Made by a program: the position numbers and the translations under genes
Assembly (NCBI GenBank): GCA_013265495.1
Contig: MU058781.1
Location: 7,034,522 to 7,098,521, forward strand
Source of the DNA: Vicugna vicugna
Taxonomy: Eukaryota
Reading direction: 5' to 3'
DNA length: 64,000 bases
The notes under the pieces: generated by a model
Seen by the model: the letters and a program-made list of their open reading frames with translations, nothing else
What the model was told of the DNA's origin: nothing
Databases searched by the model: none
Part shown: positions 25,885 through 37,900 of the stretch, in pieces
Layout: every line of letters starts with the position of its first letter
Numbering within the stretch: position 1 is the first letter of the stretch

Positions 25885-28036
25885 CAATTATTGTCCCTGT
25901 TTTAAAAATTAAGGGAAGCGTGTCTGGATCATCATTTAGGTAATTTTCCCATCGTCACTGGATAAAGGGGCACTGAGGCTAGAGCCCAGATATTAGGATC
26001 TGACATTCATTACACCATTCACTTTGTTTTTCTCATATAATCTTCCCCTTGATCCTAGAGACCACCGATTTTCATTCTTTCTACTTAAATTTCAAGTGGC
26101 AGTGGGAGGAGATCAAGGCAGTAAGGCTGGGATCTGCATGGCAGATGGAAGGCTGAGAGGTCATCAGGAGCAGAGTAGGGTGGACAAACCTGCACATCCT
26201 TTACTCATTTGTCCCGTAGTGTGATACTGGTTTTCATGAACCATCTTTGCAGTTTCTCCTGAGTTTTGCCTGGACATTGAAGTTCTTCCCCATGTTTCCT
26301 TGCTGCTGCTTTTCCTACTTACCATTCTTTCTTGTACTAGAGACCATGTTTGGCACAGTAACTTCTAGAGCAAGTGATTGTTGACTCTTCTCTTGAGCAA
26401 GGAAGTGAAAGTTTAAATACTATATCTCTGTGTGGTCAGCTGTAGGAACTGAGTGACTTAAGATATTGTTTATTCTCCAATTCATACAATTCATTGTTTA
26501 TTCCCCAGTTCATACTTAATCAGAAGCATTTCCCCATGTCTTTAAACATTATTCGAAAATATTTTTTTTGATTCTTCAGCGTTCTAGTGCATGAATTAGC
26601 ATAATTTATTTACATGTTTTTCTAATTTGGATATTTAGGTTATCTTCTAGATTCTTCTGTGATATAAAATCGACTCTTTGGAGAAAGGAATTTTTAAGTC
26701 CTTAAAGAGAGAAAAATCTGGTTTAAGTGGTTTGCCCCAGTCATTATTTCATTAGTGCATTGTAATAGTAATTTCAATCAAATAAATATACAATTATTTT
26801 TCCAAAATAATACAATTGTGATAGTTTTATTTTTAGGTGGGGAAAATGCATAAAGATGGTCAGTGAATGGAACAGACCTCACAATTATGTCGTTAGTATT
26901 CTGATCATAGAATTTATTTAATAGTTCAGCTTTTATAAAAGGTTGGTGCAACAGCAATGTTTTTAATGTAGCAGGTTGATACATAAGTTATAAATTTGGG
27001 AAAATTGGAACCAAATGATAACTAGTCATCCCTTTGTAAGAGTCATTAATTTATTGATGCTTATGTATTTTGGGGGGTGTCCACCTCAAACATTTGAGTT
27101 TGACTCTTTTTCCTTATGCATATAGAAAAGAGCTCACCAATTATGAGCAAATTAGCAGAAACCGAGGAGCCAACTTTTGGACTTCTTAAGGGTTTTATCT
27201 TCTGGAACTACGGCTTTCAATTTCCTGTGGGGGTGCGGGGGTGGCTTGGAAGAGAGAAGGGAGAAGTCAGAGGTCTTCATAATGCTGTCAGTCTCTCTCC
27301 TGCCTTTTCAGCGCGACTCACACGTCCTGCTGCTGCCCAAGATCCCACTGGCGCAGGCAGTGCGTAGACCAAGTTTGTCCTTGGTGTTCTGCCTCTTCTC
27401 TCTGGGTTTCTTATTTCCTGTCCAGTTTTTCCTTTCCCCAGGTTCTACACAAACCTCCTCATCATGGCATCTCCCAAGGCCCATAGTTCTGGAAAGATCT
27501 CAGCCTCTCAAATTCTTTGACATTATCTTTTCCAGGTGTTTTTGCTATTAAGAGTCTTTCTAGATTAGTTAGTGCTTTAATCTTATTTTGATTCTGTTTG
27601 CCTAGTTCAGCACGAGAGTCAGAGTTCTACCTTTGGGTAAATTTTGAGGGAGAGAACTGCTGGGTAAAAATGGATCTGGGAAGTCACATAAGATAAAAAA
27701 AAAAAAGGGAAAAAGAAACCTTTTGCCATTAGTGCAAAAGAGTGTTTTTTCTTTTCCCAATCTATGGTGGATAAAATGTGTGCACATACAGGAGTTTGAC
27801 TTGCTGCCTCGAATAAACTCAGTATTCTTAGGATGAAGTCATACCTAATTAATCACCTGTCTCTGCATTCTTTCCGAAGTGATGGCTCGTAGTGTTCACA
27901 CTTGTGATAATTTATGTTTCCTGAGTACCAGAGCCCCAAGTCTGCCAATTAAGGAAGAAGAGGCAGAGGTGGTTATGTAACCTCGGTGCTCCTGTAACGT
28001 GGTGGGTAATTGTCTGTCTTTTTTTTTTCCTTCTAG

Positions 28037-28141
28037 TGTCTGAAACAGTACATGCAGCTGGCAATCCGAGAAGGATGTGGGTCTCCCATCACTTGCCCTG
28101 ACATGGTGTGCCTAAACCACGGGACCCTGCAGGAAGCTGAG
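28037..28141 (+). CDS. RNF144B: RNF144B coding exon 2 (aa 56-90, end of RING1)
   Basis: Acceptor ttttccttctag; [35 protein letters not shown]; 105 nt; donor GAG|gtatgg; phase 0-0. Confidence 0.97.
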
Positions 28142-28465
28142 GTATGGGTGAGCGCCCTGGTCCTTCCCTCTTTCCTGTGGACGTGATTTCCTAGGACCTT
28201 GACTCTTTATGTACCTCCCTCCCTGGGGGTCTCGAAACAAAATACAGTCGTTAACTTTTTAGAGGAGTATTTTACGGCTACACATCTTTGGATTCTTTAT
28301 ACAAACGGTTAAAGCTGTTATTTACTTGGGTTCTGTGTATAAATGCTCTCTCTGTTGAAGAATCTCTAGAATAGGAGAAGGTACTAGAAATCAAATTTAC
28401 CAAGAGTGAGCTTTGGAGGCTGAATAGTGGGTGGTCTTGGGATCTTTAATTACTTTAAAGATAAA

Positions 28466-28730
28466 TGGGGGAAGCGGGTGGGAAGGCATAAATTGGGAGT
28501 TCAAGATTTGCAGATACTAACTAATATAGGTAAAATGGATAAACAACAAGTTTATACTGTACAGCACAGGGAGCCATATTCAATATCTTGTAGTAACTTA
28601 TGGTGAAGAAGAATATGAAAATGAATATATGTGTGTTCCTGTATGACTGAAGCATTGTGCTGTACCCAGAAATTGACACAACATTGTAAACTGACTATAC
28701 GTCAATAAAAATATATTAAAAAATAAAAAA
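28466..28730 (+). mobile_element. 5'-truncated lineage L1 3' end
   Basis: gggagttcaagatttgcagatac...ttgtaaactgactatacgtcaataaaa plus A tail; TSD taaagataaa 28456-28465 / 28731-28740. Confidence 0.85.
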
Positions 28731-28939
28731 TAAAGATAAACAGGTAACAGATTAGCCACAGTTATAGACAATATAAACTATTGTGGTTTTACACAGGTAG
28801 CCTGAGTTGAACCATTTCCAAAGAGCAGAGAAAGGCCTTTCATTCAGTTTTTATCAGGCACAGAAATGTCTTTTTGGAGTGAGTTCTTTTCCCGTTGTAT
28901 TAATGTATTAACACTGTGATATATCTCTTTTTTGTTGTT

Positions 28940-28941
<2 letters not shown>

Positions 28942-28971
<30 letters not shown>
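28942..28971. repeat. T30 homopolymer
   Basis: Direct count. Confidence 0.9.
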
Positions 28972-29689
28972 CGGTGAGTATCTTGCCCTTAAATCTGCTT
29001 TGAACCTTCAGGTCCTGCTCCCTTTAAATCTGGTCCACACTCTTCTGCTTGCTTTCATAGCCAGGGTACCATCTAATCCTTTCAACTTATAAAACTGAGG
29101 CCCAGAAGGTCTAAGTAATTTGCTCAGCAGTGCCTATGTAAAGAGCAGAAGAGCTAGAATTCCAATCCAGTTCTTTCTGACCACCATAATTACATGACTT
29201 TGAGTAGAACTAGGTAGATGGATAGAATTCATGATAAAGGACTTGGTGATTGGAAGCTCAGTGGCGTGCATGTGTGTGTAAATGTGTATGTGTGAATATG
29301 TATGTGTGTGTATATGTGCCTATACCAATACACACACACATATACATGCTTTGTTTACAAATGAATGTTTTTACATATATGTGCTTTGCTTTGTAAGCAA
29401 AGCAGTCAAAGATGTTACAGACCAGTTCTTACCACTCCACATCTGGGTTCCCAAAGGTCAGCTTAAGGAATATCAGGGAAGTGGTACAAATAAGCTTGAA
29501 GCGTTTTGGGGAAAAGGAATAAAAAGGATGCATCGTGGTTTAGAAATTGTTCATTTTAGGCAAACCATGAAATACTTGCGAGCCAGAGCTATGTCTGCCA
29601 GGGAATGTTACTTAATTCATGTGGACAAAATCTATCAAACAGAAATGAAGTGATGTTTCTAAATAAGCCCTTGAAATTAATCATAGTCC

Positions 29690-29875
29690 TGTCATCCAGA
29701 TAAGCCTACATGTGACTGTTTACATTGAATTAAAATTAAAATTAGAGATTCATTCCTTTGGTTGCACTAATCATATTTTAAGTAGTCCGTAGCTGCATGT
29801 GGCTAGTGGTTATCAAGTTTGGACAGCACAGAATAGAACATTTCCATCACTGCAGAAAGTTCATTACAGAGCAGA
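29690..29875. mobile_element. hAT-Charlie MITE (MER3/MER33-like)
   Basis: gcatgtggctagtggttatcaagtttggacagcacagaatagaacatttccatcactgcagaaagttc. Confidence 0.65.
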
Positions 29876-30993
29876 GTTCTAGACTTTACGTGAATGGTAA
29901 CCATTAGCCATTGACACTTTGGATATCAAATGTTAGGGCTGATGTGTACAGATCAGTGAAGACAGGCTGTCATCTTAACTTTTCTGATTTTCTTAGTATA
30001 GACTTCCCCCACAGTTCTCTTCTTCTTAAGCCTTCCTTTTCCCTCTGTTCACATTCTCATTCACACTTCCCTAATGCTGATTTCATTGACCCAGCTTTAC
30101 TTCAAAAACAATTTTACTTGTAGGCTGCATTAAAACCAAGTAAACCCATAATGGCTCTTAAAAATGACAGAAGGATATTTGAAAAACAGAACAAAAGCAT
30201 ATTGCAAACTAAGCTATGGCATTTCTTATATTTGCCGAAGCCTGTTTCCTATTAGATGAGTAAGAGACACTGCAGGGCATTAAAGGACCATTTCTGTACT
30301 CACTGGTCTTGCTAAGAGCCTGACTATAGATGGGTGTGAATTACAGTAATCAAATGTTCTTAACCAACTTTTCACTATTTTTTTTTTTCAGAATGAAAAA
30401 ATGTGGTAGTGGTGATGGTGACTGTCTCTCATTTGGATCTGAGACATGAATAGATTGTATGAGAGAGATTGGTAGCTTTGTCAGTTTATATGGGACAACT
30501 CCTTTCAGAGCAGATACTGCACACACATGAACGTGGGCTGTACCACCTCCCTTTCTGGCTTGCTTGGCATCAAGCTTTCCTTATATCTGGTTATTACTAT
30601 CATACACAGCTCTTCATCTAAATATCATTGAGTATACCCCAACAGGGCTCATCCACATTGTGCTTGACCAGAGTCTGTCTTTTTGTGGCTTTTTCTTCCA
30701 TTAAAAAAAATGTTTATTTTTACAGGTCACACACAATTGTACTTTGCTTGTTAAGCAAAGCAATTCTGATTAAGGCTCAAGTTCCCTTCTTGCTGCTGCA
30801 ATTTTTATTACAATATATGGTTCTTCACCGTTCATTGTCTTATAAAATGCGTGTGAGCGTAACATTTCTTCATCTTCGAAGGACACCAGAAATTTGAGCT
30901 CTTTCTTCCAAATGCTTTCCTGGGTAGGTCTAGCTTGCAGAGTTGACTGTGCTTCATATGTGTGTCTCCTGCAAGCTTTAAATCCTGCCCCCC

Positions 30994-31398
30994 TTTTTTT
31001 TTTAATTGAAGTTTAGTTGATTTACAATATTGTGTTTCTGGTGTACAGCATTGTAATTCAGTTGTAGAAATACATATATTCTTTTTCTTTATAGGTTATT
31101 ACAAGCTATTGAGTATAGTTCCCTGTGCTATATAGTCGGACTTTGTTATTTATCTGTTTTATATATAGTAGTTTGTATCTGCTAATCCCAAACTCCTAAT
31201 TTATCCCTCTCCCCTCCTCCCCTTTGGTAACCATAAGTTTGTTTTCTGTGTCTGTGGATCTGTTTCTGTTTGTAAATAAGTTCATTTGTATTATTAGTTT
31301 TTAGATTCCACATATAAGTGATACATATGGTATTTGTCTTTCTCTGTCTTACTTCACTTAGTGTGATCATCTCTAGGTCCATCCATGTTGCTGCAAAT
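30994..31398 (-). mobile_element. 5'-truncated L1 3'UTR
   Basis: T-tail; tttggtaaccataagtttgttttc; ttagattccacatataagtgat; tctctaggtccatccatgttgctgcaaat. Confidence 0.85.
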
Positions 31399-32601
31399 CT
31401 GCCTGTCTTCTTAATGCATCCAGATTGGCCCAGTTATGGCCCTGCCTCTTGCCTTTTATCAGGAGGAGCTTCATCAGCAAAGCATTCAATGCCCAGTTCA
31501 ATTACTGTTTGCTTATGTAAGAAACAGTAGAAAAGACAGCTTCCCTTCAGTGTCATGGAAGCTGGTGGGAAGCAGTGACTCTGGGGACTTGCGGCTAGAG
31601 GTGTGCCCATGGGGAGCCAGGGAAAAGTAAAATTTTCCTTCCTTGCGTCATCTGGTACTTTCAGCTGTTGCTCTGCAGCGTTTCAAATGTATTTGATCCA
31701 GGAATCTTGTCCAACATGGAATTATGAAAGGCAGGACACAGATGGTTGGTTCTGATAGCATTACTTCAGGCAAGGCCTTTGCTTGAAGTTAGTAGCCCTG
31801 TTAAACAGGCGATGACTAATTTGAGCAGTTTCCTTGCAGTGTCAGGGAAGCAGCATCCATCACTTGCTGGGAGAGCTTGAGCCATTTGTTTGGGCCGGGT
31901 ACAATTTGAGTGGTGAGCACACATCTATCATTACACGGCCTGAGAGGTTGAACTTCTTCCCACTGCCAGCTGGCGATGGACGGCAGGGGACAGCTTCTCA
32001 CCCACTGATCGTCCTTCCAAGTCCCGGCGCACTGAAATAACCTGCCTTTACAGCTAGTGCCAGGCACCCAGAGGGTGAATGGGTACAGCTGCTCTTGTCA
32101 AGAATGGGGGCTCCAGAATTGGTACAGGAAGGGATTTAGGTGGGGCACTGTACAAGGACCTGGATGAAGGGATGGAGGATTGGAATGCTAAGAAATTTGA
32201 AGCTACAATTGCAAAATAAACAGTTTTTACTCATATTGCATGTTTATTTATGGTGGCTTTCGTAAAGTCTGCTGGAATGATAAGAGATCCAATTGCCACC
32301 TCTCCCCCCCATCACCCTTCAGCACTGTCTCCACTTGCCATCTCTTCATTTAACTCTTTTTTCCCCTATTATCAGAGTATGAATCTGGGGCAGTGGGAAA
32401 ATGAGGGTGCCCAGGCAAGTGGCCAGATAGCTGTCACTGTGGTTTAGGGATCTGAAAGGGAAAGGGCTGAATGTGTCTGTAACAACTTTTGGCTGTGTTA
32501 CGTGTTGGCTGGAGAAGACTAAAACTTCGGGGTGGCGCAGGATAAAGGAATCTGCCGTGCCGGAGTCACTGGACATTTTTGAGATTCCCAGCTGGATGTT
32601 A

Positions 32602-32682
32602 TTTTAGAACATATTTAAAACTTTTAGAACACATTGAAAACTTTAAAAACTTTTTAAAACATGTAGTTTTAAAACTACATGT
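32602..32682. repeat. 20-bp tandem duplication plus 24-bp perfect palindrome
   Basis: ttttagaacatatttaaaac / ttttagaacacattgaaaac (32602-32641); acatgtagttttaaaactacatgt (32659-32682). Confidence 0.9.
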
Positions 32683-34239
32683 AAGTGGAGAATAAAGTTT
32701 CTAAGCTTCTTTAGCTAATGGCAGACATAAGCAATGGGGTAAAGGTGTCACATGGAAGTGCCCAAGGGCACATCCCTTTTACCCACAGATGAGTTGAGGG
32801 AGAGGCGGGAGGGATGATGTGGGAAGGTGTACTGAAGCCTCAGAGAACAGATGAGAAAAGAAGACCAAAGGCAGTCTTTTTCTGAAAGGTTCCTGGCCCT
32901 GGAATTCCAGATCTCCTCCCCGTCTTTCACTTCCGCAGTGGGCTCTGCCTTCTGGCTCTTAGACAAGGATGCCTGCTTGCTTTTTCACCCAGGGTTTGAT
33001 AGCTGGTGTGAGCTTGGCTTACTGCGCTCAAGTGAATGGGTGAACGTGCCAGCTTTCTTTTTCTGTTCGGAAGGGCAGTTCTTATTTTCTGGGTTGAAAT
33101 AGAAAACGTTCTTAATTTCTGTATTTGCATGATAAAATACTTATCCATAAAGCCCGTGTTGTTTCTCTTGCCAATAGTTTTTGCAAATCATAGCATCTCA
33201 AAAATTGCTGGAACCTTGACATGCTGTGATGATCTGCTAGTGATCAGTTCCATTTCCAGATATACTGGTCTATTGTTTTCTATGTTCAGCCTGTTCTTTA
33301 ATTTTTAAAAGCAACTGTAGCAGAAATATAATTTAAAGGGCTAAACCTTAGTGAAGTCTGGCCTTTTTTTTTTTACGCCTCTTCTGTTCTGACTTTCCAG
33401 ACCTTGATGAGTAACATGTATATGAAAGCCAACCACTAGCTTCTGTGTTTTAACCATTCCACTTTCTTAACTAAAAGACAGTGTATCTTGTATTTATCAA
33501 TGTAAGGAGAACACACTGTGCTGTTAGCCAACCTGCTTCCCTGGCAAGCTGGTTTTCCTGTCTTCCCCCTCTCTTACTTTGTTTTTTGTAGGGTTAGTGT
33601 CAATGTAGGTGGTGATGCCTGCTCAAATATTATGGTCATGGTTAACAATGATACACAAGGGTACACCTTCTTTTTCGTTTCTTCTCATTTGTAGATATTA
33701 GATATATCCAATTACCTGTTATGTGTAATAGTCTCAGCACCCCCCATACACAAATATTCTGAGTCCCCTGGATACGCTCTGGCACAGGTGGAGGGAAGCA
33801 GAAAAGCAAAGACTTTCAGCAGAGTAAGAACTGGGTATTTAATAAGCAGCCTCAGGTTAATTTTTACCAAAAAAAAAAAAAGAAAAGAAAAAAAAAGACA
33901 ATGGTTGCAGGTAATTAGTAGCTTCTTACTGTTATTGTTCTGGTATTATTGTTCTTATTCTATTACAATGAAATTGAACTTGTTTTCTCTTTGAATTAAA
34001 ACTTTTTTTTCCTGTTTGGAAAGAATTTTTAGGACGATGAGGAGGAGGAGGAAAAGTGGTCTTTCATGCTTGGATAGGAGGAGAGAGACATTTTTATTTA
34101 ACAGATAGATTAGTACAAATTTCAAAGGAGAAATAATAAATCACTTTAAATCAAGTTAAGGATTTTTTAGTAGTTGCTTTGAGGGGAGTGACCTCTTGAT
34201 ACTTGAGAAGATACTTAGAAATTTATGTTTCTATTATTT

Positions 34240-35113
34240 AAATATGGATCTGGTTAGTAATGGATTCGAATCCAGTAAATAAAGTAGATATCTTTCATCC
34301 ATACTGACCTAAATAAAATGAATAAACAAATAAATGAGGGATAAGGGACAATTCTTCTTTGTAGTAGAATTGTACTGAACAAATACAGAATGAATGATGG
34401 ACATAGAAATCACTCTTAAGCAAATACCACAGTAATAATTATCATAGGCAAGAATTATTGACAGATACAAAAATTAGCAAACAAAGATATGATGAGAAGT
34501 AGGATATTTGAAGAATCTTAAAGTATCTCCCTACAAGATACTTGTTGATTTCAAGGGGTGGAGAAACCTGGCAGATAGCACTTTAACCAAGTTAAAAAGT
34601 TAACATCAACAGTATTGAGACAGGTTGTCCTCATGTCCCTCCTGACAGCCCAGCACCACTTCTGTGATGTTCTTGCCCAAAATGCACAGTCTCAACCCTA
34701 TCATGAAAAAGCCTCAGATAAACCCAGATTGGAGAACATTGTACTAAATAACAAGTGGCCTGGACTAGTCAAACTTGTCAAGGTCATGAAAGCCAAAAAC
34801 AGACTGCAGAACAGCCACAGATTGGAGAAGGCTAAGGAGACATGGCGACTAAACGCAAGGTGGTAACCTGAGCTGGATCTTGGACTGAAAAAAATGAAAA
34901 GACATTAGTTGGACAGTTTGTGAAGTTTGAATAAGGCCTGCAGATTGTTTAATTATTTTGTGTCAATGTAAATTTTATTATTACATAATTAACTATTATG
35001 TAAGGTGTTCATTTTACACTAGGAGAAGTTGGAGGAATGGCATTTAGGAACTCTGTACAATTTTTGCAACTGTTCATAAGTCTAAAATTATCTCAGAATA
35101 AAAAAGTTAAAAA
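34240..35113 (+). mobile_element. Old L1 3' region (L1MC-like)
   Basis: ggagaaacctggcagatagcactttaaccaag; gtcaaggtcatgaaagccaaaaacagactg; ggaactctgtacaatttttgcaactgttcataagtctaaaattatctcagaataaaaaagtt. Confidence 0.7.
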
Positions 35114-37524
35114 GGAATGTCTTGGTATGGTTTTCAATGATTTGGAATTTCTTGGTTGGCAGGAAGAGGGTAATTGATACCTCAAGACACCTCATTATCA
35201 TCTCTTTTATTCTCTAGAATTTTCAATTTTGCAATCAGTTTTAGTGTCCTCGTGATTCTTTCTCTTCTTTTTTTTTTTTTTTAAAGCAGTAGCTCCTTAA
35301 CCTGTGGCCTTATTGAGCCTTCAGTCATCATCCTAACACATGAATTTCAGTTTTATAATTGGAAAAGGCATTGAGAAATAGTGACTTAGCGCCAGATAGC
35401 AATGGAACCAGGAATTTAATACTTTGGATTATTATTTTTTTTTAAACTTGGTCCAGCTTTCTCTTATCTAAAGTCAAAGTATAACAGGAACATTTCAGAA
35501 AATTAGCTGTAATCTGTGAAATCCAACAAATGAGAAGATCAAGGAATAGATCTGTTTTTAAACTTATGTGTGCATATTGACTTCTGAGTAATTTAAGTTC
35601 CTTGGAGGCAGCCTCTGTATCTCCTTCCTCTTTTGTGTCCCCAGGCTTCCAGCCAATGCTCTACCCGTAACAGACTGTCACTGAGTATATGGGAAGATAC
35701 AAATCCAGAAAGTAGGGACTGGCGAAGAGAACGGTGTGTTTTGGTGTCAACTTTATTCCAAAAGGATTAAACACAGTGACACAGTGAGAAGTGATGAAAC
35801 TAATTTTTTGTGATCACAGGTTTCAACAGAAAAATTGTTTTACCTGATTAAGGCCTAATTCCATATAAAACTTTGACCTATAAAATAATAAGTAAGAGAT
35901 TCAAAGTCGAGTAAGAGCCAAAAAAAATTAGAAACTTCAGACTTCCCTGTTGACAGTAATGTACCTCTGGTGAAATTTATCTTTCTCACTTAAAATTAAA
36001 CATCCATCTCTACTGTTGTTGACTTTTTACTGCATTAATTTCTGTCATTTTTCTCATTAGAATTTCATCTGTATCTAAAATATCTTATCTCCTATTTGCT
36101 TTGTCTTGCATCAACTCAGTTTGACTTAGCTGTTATATAAATGGCTTGTCGTTGGAAAAAATCAGAGTTTTTAGGGGTTGACTTTGACGGCTTTGAAGAA
36201 GGGCTTCATCAGTTCAGAAACTATTTTAGATGGTGTTATGCAGAATACAAGACTGTCCCATAGAATCAAAGACCTCAAGTAGCATTTTAGTGGGGGGGTG
36301 TTAAAAATAGATTTCTGGAATATTATGGAGGTCTATCAGGCTCAGATGACATCATTCCCCAAGTTACCTTGGTCCAAAAGTTAAAGTAGTGTCAGATTGT
36401 TTGTCCTCCACTTGCAGTGCATTAGTGACTAAGTCAGGAATCCAACTCTGATTCTTTAATGCTTTCCATCCCTTCATGAGCCTGCTCCTTCTGTCTCCAA
36501 CTCTGCATTTTACTTGAGACAACTTTGTCTTCCAGGTAGTATTATAACTGGCTGCCAGTATACCCAAAGCCTAACTTTAAAAAATTATGATAAAATACAC
36601 ATCATGTAAAATTAACCATAACTATTTTACAGTAATTACTAAGAAGCTTTTATTTAAGGTGCCAGATGAAAATGAAACATTTCCCCTCCAACTGGAGGAA
36701 AAATATTATAATTAAATTTAAGTTTTGCCATATTCTACTTGGCACAAAGAAGCCTGAAATTGCCTGTTTTGTGGTTTCTTCATATGTTTTAGCTAACTTA
36801 ATTTGATTCATTTGAAAAATAAACGTTGGTTTTTGTGTGCGTGATGGGGAGAATTAGATTTTCAATACCTTTTAAAATGTATTATATTTGTTACGTATCA
36901 TTTTTGATGCCTCATTTTTAAACTCAGCCTTTCTCAAAGCAGACTTTCTTCCATTAGTTGCAAGAACGTGTATCTAGATACATTTTCTACCAAAATATGA
37001 AATGCTTTACAGTTGGAATTGCCAAGACTATGACTGTGTCCTTTATCAATTTGCTGAGTGTCTGGAAACCTCATATAAAATCCTTTGATTTCTCTCAGTT
37101 ATAAGTCTTTTAATCCATGTCCGTGTACTTCTATATGGACGTCAGTAGAATTATTACTTTTAGAATACCAGTTTAAGAGCGGTTAGCTTTTCCTGCGTCT
37201 GGCTTTGAAATGCAATTTAAAAATGATTGATCTGAAATGTCATTTAGTTAGATGTGAATCATTGTTGTCTACTAGTGCTATCTGAAGTGGAAATGGGAGT
37301 CTAGCCACAAGAAATATCTTAGGCATTTCCTTTTCGCCAGGGCATGGATGGCAGTGAGTGATCACCAAAGGCCCTGTGAAGTGATTTTTGTCAGAAGAAA
37401 TGATTTTTCGTATTGCTTAGAAAGTACTATTCCCTGGGTGACTCACGAAGTTTTCTTAATTCCTGAGGTGCTATCTACCTGGTACTAGTTTTCTAAGGTT
37501 CTAAAACTAGAACTATAATCTTTT

Positions 37525-37614
37525 TTTTTTTTTTTTGGTAGTCAACCCAGCCACTCCCTGCACTTGAATCTTCAGGCAGTGGCTCTGTTTGAAGAATAAT
37601 GCCCAGTAGGAGAG
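37525..37614 (-). mobile_element. L1-mediated retro-insertion of an unidentified 78-nt sequence
   Basis: Perfect 13-bp TSD actataatctttt (37512-37524 / 37615-37627), poly(T) tract on +, endonuclease site TTTT/AAAA on the minus strand; body not recognised as a repeat. Confidence 0.8.
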
Positions 37615-37900
37615 ACTATAATCTTTTAAAAGTTTCTTAAATAAAGAGCCAAAAGGAGCATCGGTCGTGTATGTACACAAATAATTTGAGAAGTCCAAAA
37701 ATGTGGTTATCGGTCTTGTTAGCTGCTGATCAAAGAATGGGAGGTGATCAGTGAGGTCTGTAACTGGTGCCTTAAGCAGAGACTTGTAGCTGTTGCAGAA
37801 GATGGGGATAATTTGGCAATTGCCGCTTGTGTTAATGCATGAACAGTGTAAAGGAAAAGACATGGCAGACAATTGGTACAGACAAGAGAAAGGGGTCATA

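Noticed and set aside
32657-32684. p53 response element in the ACATGT-containing palindrome; also lone half sites at 50209, 58790 and 61001
   Set aside because: Half sites are mismatched or unpaired; I found no RRRCWWGYYY x2 by eye. The gene's promoter is outside the window.
33474-33900. A-rich tract at about 33870-33897 as the tail of a 400-bp processed insertion
   Set aside because: The candidate TSD (aaaagacagtgt / aaaagacaatgg) is short, A-rich and imperfect, and the body is unrecognisable.
34981-35003. 9-bp stem hairpin ttacataat/attatgtaa
   Set aside because: AT-only, short and inside an old L1; expected by chance.
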